A stretch of DNA of 64,000 bases from an uncultured Candidatus Saccharibacteria bacterium. GTDB lineage: Bacteria; Patescibacteriota; Minisyncoccia; Phycocordibacterales; CAIZLB01. Location of the stretch: assembly GCA_964627085.1 (NCBI GenBank), contig CAZVIP010000002.1, positions 85,151-149,150 of the forward strand, written 5' to 3'. Positions 1 through 10,479 of this stretch are shown one piece after another. Numbering within the stretch: position 1 is the stretch's first letter; each line of letters begins with the position of its first letter. The notes under the pieces were generated by a model. It was not told where the DNA came from, made no database searches, and saw only the letters and a list, made by a program, of their open reading frames with translations. Position numbers and translations under genes: made by a program.

Positions 1-381
1 GGGTTGCTCACTACGCTTGAATCTTCTTGCGAGAGTATCAAATAAATCAAATCTGAAATGATGCAACATCGAGATTTCATCAATAATCAAAACTTTTGTG
101 TCCTGGTATCTTTTCCAAAGGTGCTGTTTTTCCTCTAGATTGTCGAGATCATATTCTGTGAGATTATCTTTGATCCCAAGACCACTCCATGAATGAATAG
201 TCACACCCCCGAGGTGCGTGGCCGCAATACCTGTTGAGGCAGTGATGGCAACATCGATATTATTGTCACGCAGATAATTGATATAGGCTCGCAGGGTGTG
301 TGTCTTTCCACTTCCTGCAGCACCTGTCAAGAAGACATTATGTCCCATTTTGAGTATATCGAGCGCTTGAGTCTGTAACAT
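1..381 (-). CDS. PIF1/RecD-like helicase, N-terminal part (runs off window edge)
   Basis: Manual translation MLQTQALDILKMGHNVFLTGAAGSGKT...ITASTGIAATHLGGVTIHSWSGLG...VLIIDEISML shows Walker A, TIHS and DEISM motifs of the PIF1 family. Confidence 0.9.
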   Translation of the reverse strand, partial: MLQTQALDILKMGHNVFLTGAAGSGKTHTLRAYINYLRDNNIDVAITASTGIAATHLGGVTIHSWSGLGIKDNLTEYDLDNLEEKQHLWKRYQDTKVLIIDEISMLHHFRFDLFDTLARRFKRSEQP

Positions 382-397
382 GTGCTCAAAGTATAAC

Positions 398-442
398 AAA
401 AAACTATCTCATATTGACTGTTGCCAATATGAGATAGTTTTT
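398..442. terminator. Long hairpin / bidirectional intrinsic terminator
   Basis: aaaaactatctcatattg...caatatgagatagttttt perfect inverted repeat flanked by A/T runs. Confidence 0.75.
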
Positions 443-493
443 GTGTACTGTTGCCGGACTATGTCCTGACAATAGACCGGGAAACGACCAGAA

Positions 494-556
494 TTATTTC
501 TTTGCTTTCTTTGATGGTTTTTTAACTTCTTTTCTTGAATTTTTTCCTTTTGCCAT
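494..556 (-). CDS. Putative 20-aa basic peptide MAKGKNSRKEVKKPSKKAKK
   Basis: ATG-to-TAA ORF below the ORF-track cutoff; Lys-rich; AT-rich upstream region and hairpin terminator downstream. Confidence 0.5.
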   Translation of the reverse strand: MAKGKNSRKEVKKPSKKAKK

Positions 557-697
557 AAATGTAAATATTTTTATTAATAATTGATAGATATATTATAGTA
601 CAGAATTTCACGAGCTACTGAATTTGATCAATATTGTTGCAAGGCCAACCCATGGAGCACTACAATTATAAGTGCGTAATGACTAAATCCTTGGGTG

Positions 698-1090
698 CTA
701 TTTTTGTCCTACTGGTAGTGACTGGCACGCAATGCCGTTTTTGTCACCGTCGAGTCTATTTGTATCCTTACTTACCCCGCCCGCTTTATCAAAAAACTTC
801 TGAGCTTCTGGCTGTGTCTTGAAATCGTCACAGTTATATTCATCTGTATATTTAGCACCTACAGCACCTTCTGGTACAACATTGCCTTCTTTGTCTCGCA
901 AGACTCTTGATGCAGCAACACCTTCTCCGCTGATAATTTTACCAAGATCCCAGTCATTATTTGATGTCTCGAGTCCGAGCGCACCGAGCAAGATGACAAG
1001 AATACCGATAAAAACACCCTTATACTTTTTCTTTGCACTATCACTTGCATTCGCAAGTGCGCCCAATTTTGGAATTTTTGGAATATTCAT
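698..1090 (-). CDS. Membrane-anchored excalibur calcium-binding domain protein
   Basis: One TM segment; C-terminal NCDDFKTQPEAQ...RLDGDKNGIACQSL. Confidence 0.85.
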   Translation of the reverse strand: MNIPKIPKLGALANASDSAKKKYKGVFIGILVILLGALGLETSNNDWDLGKIISGEGVAASRVLRDKEGNVVPEGAVGAKYTDEYNCDDFKTQPEAQKFFDKAGGVSKDTNRLDGDKNGIACQSLPVGQK

Positions 1091-1282
1091 TTTTTATAAT
1101 TTATGTAATTTATTTACAATTAATTTTAATTTAATTACCAAGCAGAATATAGTAAATACCCTGCGATAATAATTAATACAATAATGACAATTATTCTTGT
1201 TTTCTTATTATTTAACATACATAAATTATACCAGAGATTACATGGCGAAATTGCTTTTCAAATATTTCCCATCTTTTAACTA

Positions 1283-2536
1283 TTAAGCGCGATTGAGTCT
1301 CTTTGATGCATACATGAATACGAACAAGAGTACGTACAAGATAATTGTACCGAGGAGTAGACTGATAGAATTGAGCTGAACAATCATATATAAGAGTGCG
1401 TATAGTGCAAGAAGTACAATACCGAATACCTTCCCTGCTTTTTTAGAATTAAAGATTTCTGATGCATACCAACTATTGAGCACTGCTGTGAGTACGGCAC
1501 CGATAATATAAGCAGACAAATATCCGATTTCTTCACCAAGCGCGAGTACGAGTAGATAAAATAGGGCCAAAGAGATACCCACCAAGAAATACTGTATTGT
1601 ATTCACAGTCAAACCCTTCTTGAGATCAATAAACAATGTGAGAGAGAAAACTAATACAATAAATAGAATTGCGTACTTGAGGATTCTGTCTACGAGTGTG
1701 ATGTCATCTGCACCAGACAAGAACACAACACCTGTATCATATTCATAATTTTGAATATCCATACTCACAACATTGTCTTTCTTTGAGAAAGTACTGTTCG
1801 CTGAATTGAGCAGACGAATATTGTTTGTCTTTGTTGAAATAGTAACACTCTTATTGTCTGGAACACCTGGTACTCCTGAATAATTTTTAGAAATCTTGTT
1901 TATACCAGTAAATGAATATGCAAGACTAATTGTTGATGTTGGCTTGATATTTTTTACAAAGCTCGCAGGGAGAGTGATTTTGTCTCTTGCAATAGTAGTT
2001 GTGGCAAATGACTTCATTTCATTTCCATCTATGTTAACGACAACTGTTTTGAGGTCTACACCAGCGGGAAGTGCAAGGCTGATAGATCCATTAGATTTAA
2101 TTGAGCCAGCAATTTCAGCTCCGCCGACCGCATCAAAACTACCGCGCAATACCGCCGAACCAGTAAATACTGGGATATTCTGCTTGCCGAGTTTTTTGAA
2201 AGTAATATCTTTTATTTCAATATCTGTATTACTGAACAAATCATATCCTGAATTGTTTGTGACTGGCGCAGGCTGTGCTTGACCCGTTACACCATTTGAA
2301 ACAGTTTGAATGTCTAGGTATGCAAATTCGACTATGTTTGTTAGTGAAAATTCATTGAGACCTTTAATATTTGAGACCGCCATTTCATTTCGCGAAATCC
2401 TATCGCTCACTATCCCCTGGACAAAGAGTGATGCAATAAAACAAACCGCGATAATAATACCAATTCGAAAGGCGTGAGTTCCGATCTTTTTCTCAGAATT
2501 CTCGCCGTACTTTGGGAAATTGAAGAAGTTTTTCAT
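1283..2536 (-). CDS. CreD-like inner membrane protein
   Basis: N-terminal TM, soluble domain, then DRILKYAILFI...IQYFLVGISLALFYLLVLALGEEIG multi-TM region typical of CreD. Confidence 0.75.
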   Translation of the reverse strand: MKNFFNFPKYGENSEKKIGTHAFRIGIIIAVCFIASLFVQGIVSDRISRNEMAVSNIKGLNEFSLTNIVEFAYLDIQTVSNGVTGQAQPAPVTNNSGYDLFSNTDIEIKDITFKKLGKQNIPVFTGSAVLRGSFDAVGGAEIAGSIKSNGSISLALPAGVDLKTVVVNIDGNEMKSFATTTIARDKITLPASFVKNIKPTSTISLAYSFTGINKISKNYSGVPGVPDNKSVTISTKTNNIRLLNSANSTFSKKDNVVSMDIQNYEYDTGVVFLSGADDITLVDRILKYAILFIVLVFSLTLFIDLKKGLTVNTIQYFLVGISLALFYLLVLALGEEIGYLSAYIIGAVLTAVLNSWYASEIFNSKKAGKVFGIVLLALYALLYMIVQLNSISLLLGTIILYVLLFVFMYASKRLNRA

Positions 2537-2611
2537 ATATATGTTGTTTATGTGAACACTATACTAGAGTCACCGGAGACTGACAATATGACCAGTTTTA
2601 AGTATAGGTAT

Positions 2612-2640
2612 TTGACATTGTCCTGTTGTCGCGCTTTAAT
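2612..2640 (+). promoter_or_regulatory. sigma70-type promoter for orphan ORF
   Basis: TTGACA-17 nt-TTTAAT. Confidence 0.6.
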
Positions 2641-2712
2641 TTGAACAGGTTCTTTCGCAAAACTTGCATTGGGCCAATTCACCAAAATCCAACAAATAGA
2701 ATACAAGACCAA

Positions 2713-2991
2713 ATGAAAACGCCAAATGGTTTTTTCACCCCGCATACAGCAGTGTCAACGTTTGCAGCAAAACCCTTGCATACATGGCAATGGGAAGTTA
2801 CCTTGCATGGCCCTGGAAGCAGAGTGCTCGGTAGTTTCCTCACTGAGATACCCCGAGAATCAATCGACCCTCAAGACTTTGTGGGTCACACACATTCCAG
2901 GTCACGCATTGAGTCCATCCAGATTGCCAAGCCTCGGGAACATCAAACAGATGAAACTGCCGTGGCAGAAGCACAACCTGCTGCGGCCTAG
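2713..2991 (+). CDS. Hypothetical orphan protein (92 aa, start re-assigned to ATG 2713)
   Basis: ORF between a promoter with CA-rich leader and a terminator. Confidence 0.6.
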   Translation: MKTPNGFFTPHTAVSTFAAKPLHTWQWEVTLHGPGSRVLGSFLTEIPRESIDPQDFVGHTHSRSRIESIQIAKPREHQTDETAVAEAQPAAA

Positions 2992-3016
2992 CCCTCACAA
3001 CAAGCACCTTTTTAAA

Positions 3017-3051
3017 GGCCGTCTGCAAATCCTGCAGACGGCCGCTTTTTT
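3017..3051 (+). terminator. Intrinsic terminator
   Basis: ggccgtctgca-aatcc-tgcagacggcc followed by T run. Confidence 0.85.
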
Positions 3052-3132
3052 ATTCTCTAACCCGGTCGGTTATTATCATTTTTTTATATTCAGGCACGAG
3101 TCCTTGCTATCACCTTTTCGCGACAAGTTTAA

Positions 3133-3423
3133 CTACATTAAATTTAGATACGATCTTGCATTGGTGACGTTTTGAAAACCTAAAGAATTGAAAATTTCAA
3201 CGGCCACCATACTTCTACCTCCACTAGCGCAGAATATTATATATTCGACTTTTGTATCTTTTTCTTCATCTGATGAAATTGATACTAATTTTAAAATCTC
3301 ACCTTCTATTTGCTCTTTACTTTGCATTCCCATCAAAAGTTGAAGCGGGATATTTATTGCACCCTGAACACTACCGTTCTCAAATTCATCTACCCCACGT
3401 ACATCAATATAGACTTTTTTCAT
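3133..3423 (-). CDS. Rhodanese-like domain protein
   Basis: IDVR..EF..G.V.GAINIP and active-site loop CASGGRS. Confidence 0.9.
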   Translation of the reverse strand: MKKVYIDVRGVDEFENGSVQGAINIPLQLLMGMQSKEQIEGEILKLVSISSDEEKDTKVEYIIFCASGGRSMVAVEIFNSLGFQNVTNARSYLNLM

Positions 3424-3667
3424 GTTTTTATATTAACAGAATTTTTTAGATTTGAAATGTTTTTTTAATTGACTGGTCTGCGGTTGTTTTGATTACTGCG
3501 CGGGATTTGGGTAAACTTGACACAATGGGCATATATATTGTATTGTATTTTCAGATAGGTTCGTTCACATCTATTCAGTCGACTGAAAAGCAATTCGCAT
3601 ACGCTTATGCGGAAAGTGGTCCCCGTACCCTTTTGACTCTCAAACCGAACAAAGAAAGAAAAAAACC

Positions 3668-4594
3668 ATGAAAGACCCACAGGTCAAAAACCTCCCAGCA
3701 GTGCCATACACTAGTCGCCAATTAGAAATCGAAGAAGGAAAACTCATGATCTCAGACAAGGTCCCCATGATGCTACTAAGACTCCTCAATGAATACACCT
3801 CTGACGAAGAGGCTAATAAATTGAGGGGTCGCATCAACACTGCATGGCTCACCTTCTTGCCACTAGCATTAGCTAGGGCACTATTCATATTCGTGTCACC
3901 ATTACTAAAGCTGTTCACCATTATTTATCTCTTCGCTCAAATCCTTTACTTTGGAATGAAGGCGTGGTTGAAAAATACATGGCACAAGAACGGCAAACAT
4001 GGATCCGAGTTCAACGAACTCAATGCACAACTGGCGTATCAACGGGTATGCAAACTCCGGCCTCGCTTTAGCAAGTATTGCCGAGAAAACTACCCATGGG
4101 TGTTGAAAGCTGAGTATGCTGAAACCGTCACAGGACCTCAAGATGAGGCCCTGGTTTTTGCAAAAGAGTTCAACTTGGACACTAACGCAATTGTAACCCC
4201 AATTGAGCTGGCGGAACTCTGCCACGTAGCAATTGTGGCACAGTGTAGAGCCCAACGTGCAGTAAGGGATTACAAAGCATTATCAGCTGCGGCAGAAGCC
4301 AAAGCCAAAAATATGTGCGAAAAGTTACTTGATACTGACCTTGGATTTAAAGGTGCTAGCTACGCACGCTGGTATGATAAGAGTCAATGGAGAGACCACA
4401 GGGCCGCTCACTTGCACATCTTCTTCCTTCGAGCAGATGACAAGCCGATGCCGTGGATACGAGCTGAAGTTGAAGAACTGGCGTCAAACGTGTCAGTTCC
4501 AGCAACCCTACCAGCTCAGCCGGTAGTGGAAACAGCATCAGCACCAACTGAACCAACCAAGGGACCAGTCGAAGTGGTCACCACCACCTCGTAA
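3668..4594 (+). CDS. Hypothetical orphan membrane protein
   Basis: 308-aa ORF with hydrophobic stretch; own TTGACA (3517-3522) promoter and terminator. Confidence 0.7.
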   Translation: MKDPQVKNLPAVPYTSRQLEIEEGKLMISDKVPMMLLRLLNEYTSDEEANKLRGRINTAWLTFLPLALARALFIFVSPLLKLFTIIYLFAQILYFGMKAWLKNTWHKNGKHGSEFNELNAQLAYQRVCKLRPRFSKYCRENYPWVLKAEYAETVTGPQDEALVFAKEFNLDTNAIVTPIELAELCHVAIVAQCRAQRAVRDYKALSAAAEAKAKNMCEKLLDTDLGFKGASYARWYDKSQWRDHRAAHLHIFFLRADDKPMPWIRAEVEELASNVSVPATLPAQPVVETASAPTEPTKGPVEVVTTTS

Positions 4595-4616
4595 ACTGAA
4601 ACCCTCAAACATTCGC

Positions 4617-4646
4617 AGGCCCGTCGCAATTTCGCGACGGGCCTTT
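4617..4646 (+). terminator. Intrinsic terminator
   Basis: aggcccgtcgc-aatttc-gcgacgggcct-tt. Confidence 0.8.
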
Positions 4647-4659
4647 CCAATTCCCTCTT

Positions 4660-5304
4660 TTATATACGATGCTCTTTCTTTAGATAATCAAAACGTATCG
4701 TTGCAAGTACAGCAGTAAGTATGAGCATAAATGTGACATATTCAGGAATATGTAGATGGAAAAAAGCGGACATCAAAATAGACAGACCAATATACGCAAT
4801 GATTCCATATGCAGTCCGCGTCAATGTTGGGAACCTGCCAAGTAGTACGAGCATAAGTGGAGTGACAAACATCATGGTAATGATACCAATAGCAACACCA
4901 AAGACCACATAAGAAAACTGACTTGAAATACCTACGGCACCAACCACATTGTCGATACTGAATACAAGATCAGCAATTGCAATCTGACCAATTACTTTTC
5001 CAAAATGAGGATGGCGACGGAGCTCTTTTTGCTCATCACTTGAACGGAAAAAATGTGAGTATGCAAGATAACATAAATACAAACCTCCCAAGATTTTAAT
5101 AATTGGATTTTGAATAATAAGAGTCGCAAGAAAAAGACATACAAAACGAAATAGCGCACCAAGACAGATACCAATGTAAATTGCTTTCTTTTGTAATCTT
5201 GGTGGTAAGTCCTCAGCGAGCGATGCATTGACCAATGCGTTGTCGACACTGAGCATAAGCTCAAGAATGGTGATACTAAATATTGTTGAAATGACTGTGA
5301 GCAT
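4660..5304 (-). CDS. TerC family membrane protein
   Basis: LELMLSVDNALV and IAIADLVFSIDNV TerC motifs. Confidence 0.9.
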   Translation of the reverse strand: MLTVISTIFSITILELMLSVDNALVNASLAEDLPPRLQKKAIYIGICLGALFRFVCLFLATLIIQNPIIKILGGLYLCYLAYSHFFRSSDEQKELRRHPHFGKVIGQIAIADLVFSIDNVVGAVGISSQFSYVVFGVAIGIITMMFVTPLMLVLLGRFPTLTRTAYGIIAYIGLSILMSAFFHLHIPEYVTFMLILTAVLATIRFDYLKKEHRI

Positions 5305-5332
5305 ACGGCTTTAATTTAATACTGCATGCGAT

Positions 5333-5878
5333 TTAATACCGTATACCGAGTATATTCAAAATGATTGGAGCAATTGGATCTGCGCCGATTCCATGTACCG
5401 TAACACCACCGAGAACACCTGTGACTGTGACAAGAACAAGGCCTACGAGTGCTAGTATTTTTGAGAAGACACCATCATGGAAAACAATTTTGAAGAAAGA
5501 GAGAATCTTTGAGAGTGTGCGCTTTGATCCTGATGCAGACGCACCATTAGATATATACCCCGTGAATTTGTCATTTGACAATAAGAATGCTGACAATTCC
5601 CCGAGTAAGAGTGCAACATACAACCAAGTGGCAGTAGTAGCAAAAGTTGAATGTGCTTCAACAATAGGATGATTTGGTTTTATTAAATGTTCTGCAATTT
5701 CACCTGTATAGAGCGCAACCATAGCACCGAGAGATCCAGCCAAAAGTGATATTCGCCTCACATCCACCCATGCAATTTGTGGCACCCATTTCTGGAATGG
5801 AATAATTTTAATCAAAGAATACATCAAAAGAAGTGCAATTGGGAAATGAACAAATAGTGGATGAAGATTATATGACAT
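5333..5878 (-). CDS. DUF2231-like membrane protein
   Basis: LHPLFVHFPIAL, conserved His (EAH) and TG.LGG..VH motifs. Confidence 0.8.
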   Translation of the reverse strand: MSYNLHPLFVHFPIALLLMYSLIKIIPFQKWVPQIAWVDVRRISLLAGSLGAMVALYTGEIAEHLIKPNHPIVEAHSTFATTATWLYVALLLGELSAFLLSNDKFTGYISNGASASGSKRTLSKILSFFKIVFHDGVFSKILALVGLVLVTVTGVLGGVTVHGIGADPIAPIILNILGIRY

Positions 5879-5898
5879 ATCTTTGAGTATATCAGATT

Positions 5899-8800
5899 TT
5901 AGAGACCAGCATTAAACGCAGACCTTGTCTTGACTCCAAAATATCCCACAGCAGGGCTAATTTTATGAGCCTTTTGATATCTAATGATTGCCTGTCTTGT
6001 GGCGAGTCCGAATTTTGTGGTCTCTTTTCCGAGAGATCCCACTCCATAATTTGCAACAGGAAAACCATGAGTGTTGAGATATCTCTGTATTAGCTTAACA
6101 TCAGCGCCTGTCATCCAAAGACGGCGATTGATTGTAAATACATATAAATTATTTTGAGGCAAAGAGCCCTGTCCATTACCAATACCATTTCCTATCCCCG
6201 ATGTACTACTTGCATTATTTGTGAGTGAACTTTGACTAGAGCTTGCGGTACTTGAAGCATTGTTTTGTCCAATACCATAGATTATATACACCCCACCACC
6301 TGTACCAGATGAACCAGACGCCGGCGCTGACCCACTTGATGAACCACCTGTTGACCCACCTGAAGTTGGCACAGATGTTGCTGAGGTTGTAAATGTTTGA
6401 TCAGACGAGGTCGCAACATTACCTACTGCATCTGTTGAGATGACACGATAATGATATACAGATGACTGCGCGAGTGAACTAAGTGAAATTGAATGATTCG
6501 TATTTAGTGAACCGATTGATGACTGACTTCCATACGATGTAGTTAGGCCATATTCGACACTTGATGTCGCGCTTTCATTTGTTGTCCAAGAGATAGTTGC
6601 AGCAACATCTGTGACACCTGAGATAGTAATATTTGAAATAACAGGCGGAGTTATATCCGGTGCAATTGTTGTGGTAAATGTTGCATCTGCAGAGCTTGTT
6701 GAGTTCGATCCTGCATCCACTCCATTAATTTTAAAGTGATACAAAGTATTTTGGGTTAACCCTGTGATTGTCGCAATGTATGTTGTCGAACCTGTTGCCC
6801 CGATTGAACTGCCATAAGAAGTGGTAAGACCGTACTCAACGTCATATGTGGCACTCTCACTAGATGTCCAAGTAATCGTTGCTGTGGTCGGGGTTGTTGT
6901 TGCCGAGACCAATGTGATAGTAGGCGGAAGATCAGGTACATAACAAACAGATACGTTCCCTGTTACAGTACCAGAATTTGACGCAGTCGGTGCAAAACAA
7001 GCATCACCATCGATGGCGCCGTTATTATACGAAGTATCATAGAACTCTGAATTTCTATATAAAGTGCCCCCGTTATTGAATGCATTCCCACTAAATACAT
7101 ATTTAGTTATCGCAGCACTGTCAGACCCCAAAACCTCACCAACCACCGAACCAGACCATGCCTGATTATTAATATTGAACACACCACCCACTGGTTTTGT
7201 TGAATCTATTGCATCATAAAAATCTGTATTGAAGGTTGTTGTACCATTTACAGTTCCGCCATTTATGTATGTGGAATCATTGAAAATTACACCCTGAGAC
7301 ACAGACATGGTAACCAAGTATCCGAGGTTGGATGAACCGTTAAATGTTGCACTTCTAATTGAAATAGGTCCACCTGAATTAGCCTCAATAGCCGAAGTAA
7401 CAACAATATCATCATCAACACCAGGAACCGTTTCAGCCGGAATTGTTAAAATATCATTTAACCACCAGTTGCCTAAAGTGTGCCATTCACCATCCACAGA
7501 ATTGTGAAAGTAATTTCCACAAACAGACATTGTCCCTGATACAGTACCGTTATTTACAGCAGTTGGAGCGAAACAGGCATTACCATATATTATTAAACCA
7601 CTCTGAGCAGTGCCAGTAAATCGTGCAAAGTCTGAAACCGTAATTTCGAAACCCGATACTGATCCATTTGCGACATGTAGCGACTTTGCACTTGCTTGTG
7701 ATCCTCCGTTGTTTTGAATAATAGTCTCACCTACACCTACATATACATCATATTCACTTGTAGGAATAATACCTGCGGGGATGGTATAAGCAGAATCAGT
7801 AAACCAGTTTGTGAGGTCATGCCAATAACCATTATTCGCAGCATTGTGAAAATAAAGCTTGGTCGGACACACCGTCGTCGAACCTGAAACAGTTCCATAG
7901 TTTGTAGCTGTCGAAGCAAAACACGCATCCCCTGTGATCACACCCTGACCTTGATTCGTACTGATATCAAGAAACCGTGCATTACCTGTTAGCGACGCTG
8001 CGTTTGTACTTGAATCCCGGAAGACGTAATCCTCAACGATAGTACGGGCAATCATACCTGAACCTGGTACATATACGTCACCATTATATACACCGCTTAG
8101 CCAGCGACTACCAGATACAGTAAGTGTGCCATCTACTGGATAGATATCATTTGTCTCATCATAATAATTTGTATTAAAAAGCGTATCGCCGTTTATAGTA
8201 CCAGTGTTGTAACTAGTGTCATTAAAAGTCACCTCAGCTGTTATTGACCCAGAATCAAAGTGCGAGTTATCGTTAAATATTACCGTGTTTGCACTAATAT
8301 CACTCTGAGCATGACTATTATCATTAAAGACATACTGAGTAATTTGTGCCATGTCAGAACCATACACATTTCCACTGACGATCCCAGACCATATACCTTC
8401 ACCATTTATAGTCAAAATACCACCGGTTGGAGTTGAGCTACCATTTAGATAGTACTCTGTATTCAAATACATATCGCCATTTATATTTCCAAAATTATGT
8501 GAAAAATCATTGAAGGTAGCATTACCTATCACAGTCCCCTCATTTGTACTTCCTAAATTAAAAGTAGCATTACCGTTAACTGTATGTGAGTTTCGGAGTG
8601 GATTACCATTGAAAACCGCATCACCATCAATGTCAATGTCCGGTTCTGTTGGACCATTAAATACATACGAAGTTACTTGCGCATTATTTGAATCGTATAC
8701 AGTGCCATTTATTTCTGTTGACCAAATAGCACCTGTTGACATAGTGAACACACCAGACGTTGGTACACTTGAACCGATTTGGTCATATGCAGTTGTATTA

Positions 8801-10050
8801 AAAGTAGCATTACCACTAATTGTTCCGTAGTACATGGAGCTACTATTATTAAAACGAACATCGCCAGTTATATCAACATCGCCAATAGATGAAGTATCAT
8901 TTAATACAATACCATCCGTCGTACCGATAGGTATCGTAAAGTATGACGTCCCGTTTAGAGTTAGTGATTTGACAGTACTACCAACATCAACACTGTATGT
9001 TGTAATATTTTTACTACTTACACTTACATCAGTAGCCACTGTCGGGAAAATCAAAGACTGAATGGTGTAATTCGAATCATCCCACCAGTTATTTAAATTT
9101 GACCAATCCCCATCATCGGTTGGGCTATGAAAAAACTTAGAACCAGCACCACAAACTGTCACCAACCCTGACGCAGTTCCGGTATTCAAGTCGATAGCAG
9201 CAAAACAGGCATCACCGTTAACCGTACCGGCATTCGCAGCACTAGCACCCAAAAAGATTGTCATTAGTGGCGAGGTAATAACCCCTGACCCGCTATTATA
9301 TGAGCTCCCTAGAAACTTCGTAAATGCATTAATTGTACCATCGTTAAAAGCTGTATCACTGAAGGTGGTTGTTGCATTAATAATTCCTACCGTACCATTA
9401 CGTGCCTCATTCATAAATTCAACTTTATTACCACCCGCACCACTGATAGTTGCAGTGTTATACGACCGATCATTAAATCTTATGACACCACCAGGTATAC
9501 TCCCATCGAGAGTGAGCTCGCCTCCATTGTGCGTGTCATGGCTAAATATGATTTGGTGTGCATTAACACTAGATCCCGGCGCAGAATATGCGAAAGTAGA
9601 AAATATCACACTCGCACTTGGTGCGTTGAGAGTAACACCATTACCAAGGAAAGAGTCTCCTCCGAATTCCACAGACGAAGAGATATCAATTGTGCCCACA
9701 CCCTCAATTGATGCAAAACTAATTGCAGAAAGAGAAAACAAACTTATAGGGTCACCTGAATTTCCAGTCACTGAGGCAGACAGTACGACTTGATCCTCTG
9801 AGGTTGGGAGCACAGGTGAAGGCACAGTAAAGGTATCGTCGAGCCACCAGTTGCTTAGATTGGACCAGTCACCATCTGCCGTGGCATTATTGTAGTAGCG
9901 AGTCTCAGCATTTGCCTGCGCAGGAAATGCAAAGAATGTGAAAATTAAAAACAGAATAGAGAAAAAAAATAAAACTTTTTTTTGTTTTATTTTTTGAAAA
10001 CCCTCTTGAGGTATTTTGCTTGAAAATAATTGTTTTAGTGTACTGGGCAT
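5899..10050 (-). CDS. Large repetitive surface protein with beta-helix-like repeats, two FN3-like domains and C-terminal peptidoglycan-binding domain
   Basis: Signal/TM segment; repeated GDWxxLxNWW modules and FND repeats; two ATIxWTT..VEYGLTTSYG domains; Ser/Gly linker; DVKLIQRYLN..FG.ATRQAIIRYQ..GYFG.KTR; start chosen 8 nt after a TAAAAT box. Confidence 0.8.
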   Translation of the reverse strand: MPSTLKQLFSSKIPQEGFQKIKQKKVLFFFSILFLIFTFFAFPAQANAETRYYNNATADGDWSNLSNWWLDDTFTVPSPVLPTSEDQVVLSASVTGNSGDPISLFSLSAISFASIEGVGTIDISSSVEFGGDSFLGNGVTLNAPSASVIFSTFAYSAPGSSVNAHQIIFSHDTHNGGELTLDGSIPGGVIRFNDRSYNTATISGAGGNKVEFMNEARNGTVGIINATTTFSDTAFNDGTINAFTKFLGSSYNSGSGVITSPLMTIFLGASAANAGTVNGDACFAAIDLNTGTASGLVTVCGAGSKFFHSPTDDGDWSNLNNWWDDSNYTIQSLIFPTVATDVSVSSKNITTYSVDVGSTVKSLTLNGTSYFTIPIGTTDGIVLNDTSSIGDVDITGDVRFNNSSSMYYGTISGNATFNTTAYDQIGSSVPTSGVFTMSTGAIWSTEINGTVYDSNNAQVTSYVFNGPTEPDIDIDGDAVFNGNPLRNSHTVNGNATFNLGSTNEGTVIGNATFNDFSHNFGNINGDMYLNTEYYLNGSSTPTGGILTINGEGIWSGIVSGNVYGSDMAQITQYVFNDNSHAQSDISANTVIFNDNSHFDSGSITAEVTFNDTSYNTGTINGDTLFNTNYYDETNDIYPVDGTLTVSGSRWLSGVYNGDVYVPGSGMIARTIVEDYVFRDSSTNAASLTGNARFLDISTNQGQGVITGDACFASTATNYGTVSGSTTVCPTKLYFHNAANNGYWHDLTNWFTDSAYTIPAGIIPTSEYDVYVGVGETIIQNNGGSQASAKSLHVANGSVSGFEITVSDFARFTGTAQSGLIIYGNACFAPTAVNNGTVSGTMSVCGNYFHNSVDGEWHTLGNWWLNDILTIPAETVPGVDDDIVVTSAIEANSGGPISIRSATFNGSSNLGYLVTMSVSQGVIFNDSTYINGGTVNGTTTFNTDFYDAIDSTKPVGGVFNINNQAWSGSVVGEVLGSDSAAITKYVFSGNAFNNGGTLYRNSEFYDTSYNNGAIDGDACFAPTASNSGTVTGNVSVCYVPDLPPTITLVSATTTPTTATITWTSSESATYDVEYGLTTSYGSSIGATGSTTYIATITGLTQNTLYHFKINGVDAGSNSTSSADATFTTTIAPDITPPVISNITISGVTDVAATISWTTNESATSSVEYGLTTSYGSQSSIGSLNTNHSISLSSLAQSSVYHYRVISTDAVGNVATSSDQTFTTSATSVPTSGGSTGGSSSGSAPASGSSGTGGGVYIIYGIGQNNASSTASSSQSSLTNNASSTSGIGNGIGNGQGSLPQNNLYVFTINRRLWMTGADVKLIQRYLNTHGFPVANYGVGSLGKETTKFGLATRQAIIRYQKAHKISPAVGYFGVKTRSAFNAGL

Positions 10051-10075
10051 CAGTGTTATTTTAGCAAAAAATAGA

Positions 10076-10414
10076 CTATTTTGAAACCCCAAATATCAAC
10101 AACAGTTTCTCTTGGCGGGTCAATGATTTAAGTTTACACTCCCTTTTTCGCGCTAATTGGAGCGTCTCATGTATTTCGGTATATTTGAGTGTCACAGGAC
10201 GGCGGATCTTAGTATAGTGTGCACCGCTTTTTAGATTATTGTGTTGATTGAGTCTCTTTTCCATATTATTTGTACTTCCTATATACAAAGTCTTGTCATT
10301 GCACTCTAATATATAGACCACGAATTGTACTGGCCCGATTTCCCTACCAGTCTTTGGAGAAGTCTTTGGGGCTGTTTTCATTTTCACACCAGCTAGCTTT
10401 CGGGAGTTTTTCAC
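10076..10414 (-). CDS. GIY-YIG nuclease family protein (YazA/UPF0213-like)
   Basis: VYILECNDKTLYIGSTNNMEKRLNQHN...GAHYTK.RRPV. Confidence 0.9.
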   Translation of the reverse strand: MKNSRKLAGVKMKTAPKTSPKTGREIGPVQFVVYILECNDKTLYIGSTNNMEKRLNQHNNLKSGAHYTKIRRPVTLKYTEIHETLQLARKRECKLKSLTRQEKLLLIFGVSK

Positions 10415-10479
10415 ATATATATAGTATCACCGTCCTTAAACTAAGTTCAATGCAATATATGTTAGAATGATTCGCAATT

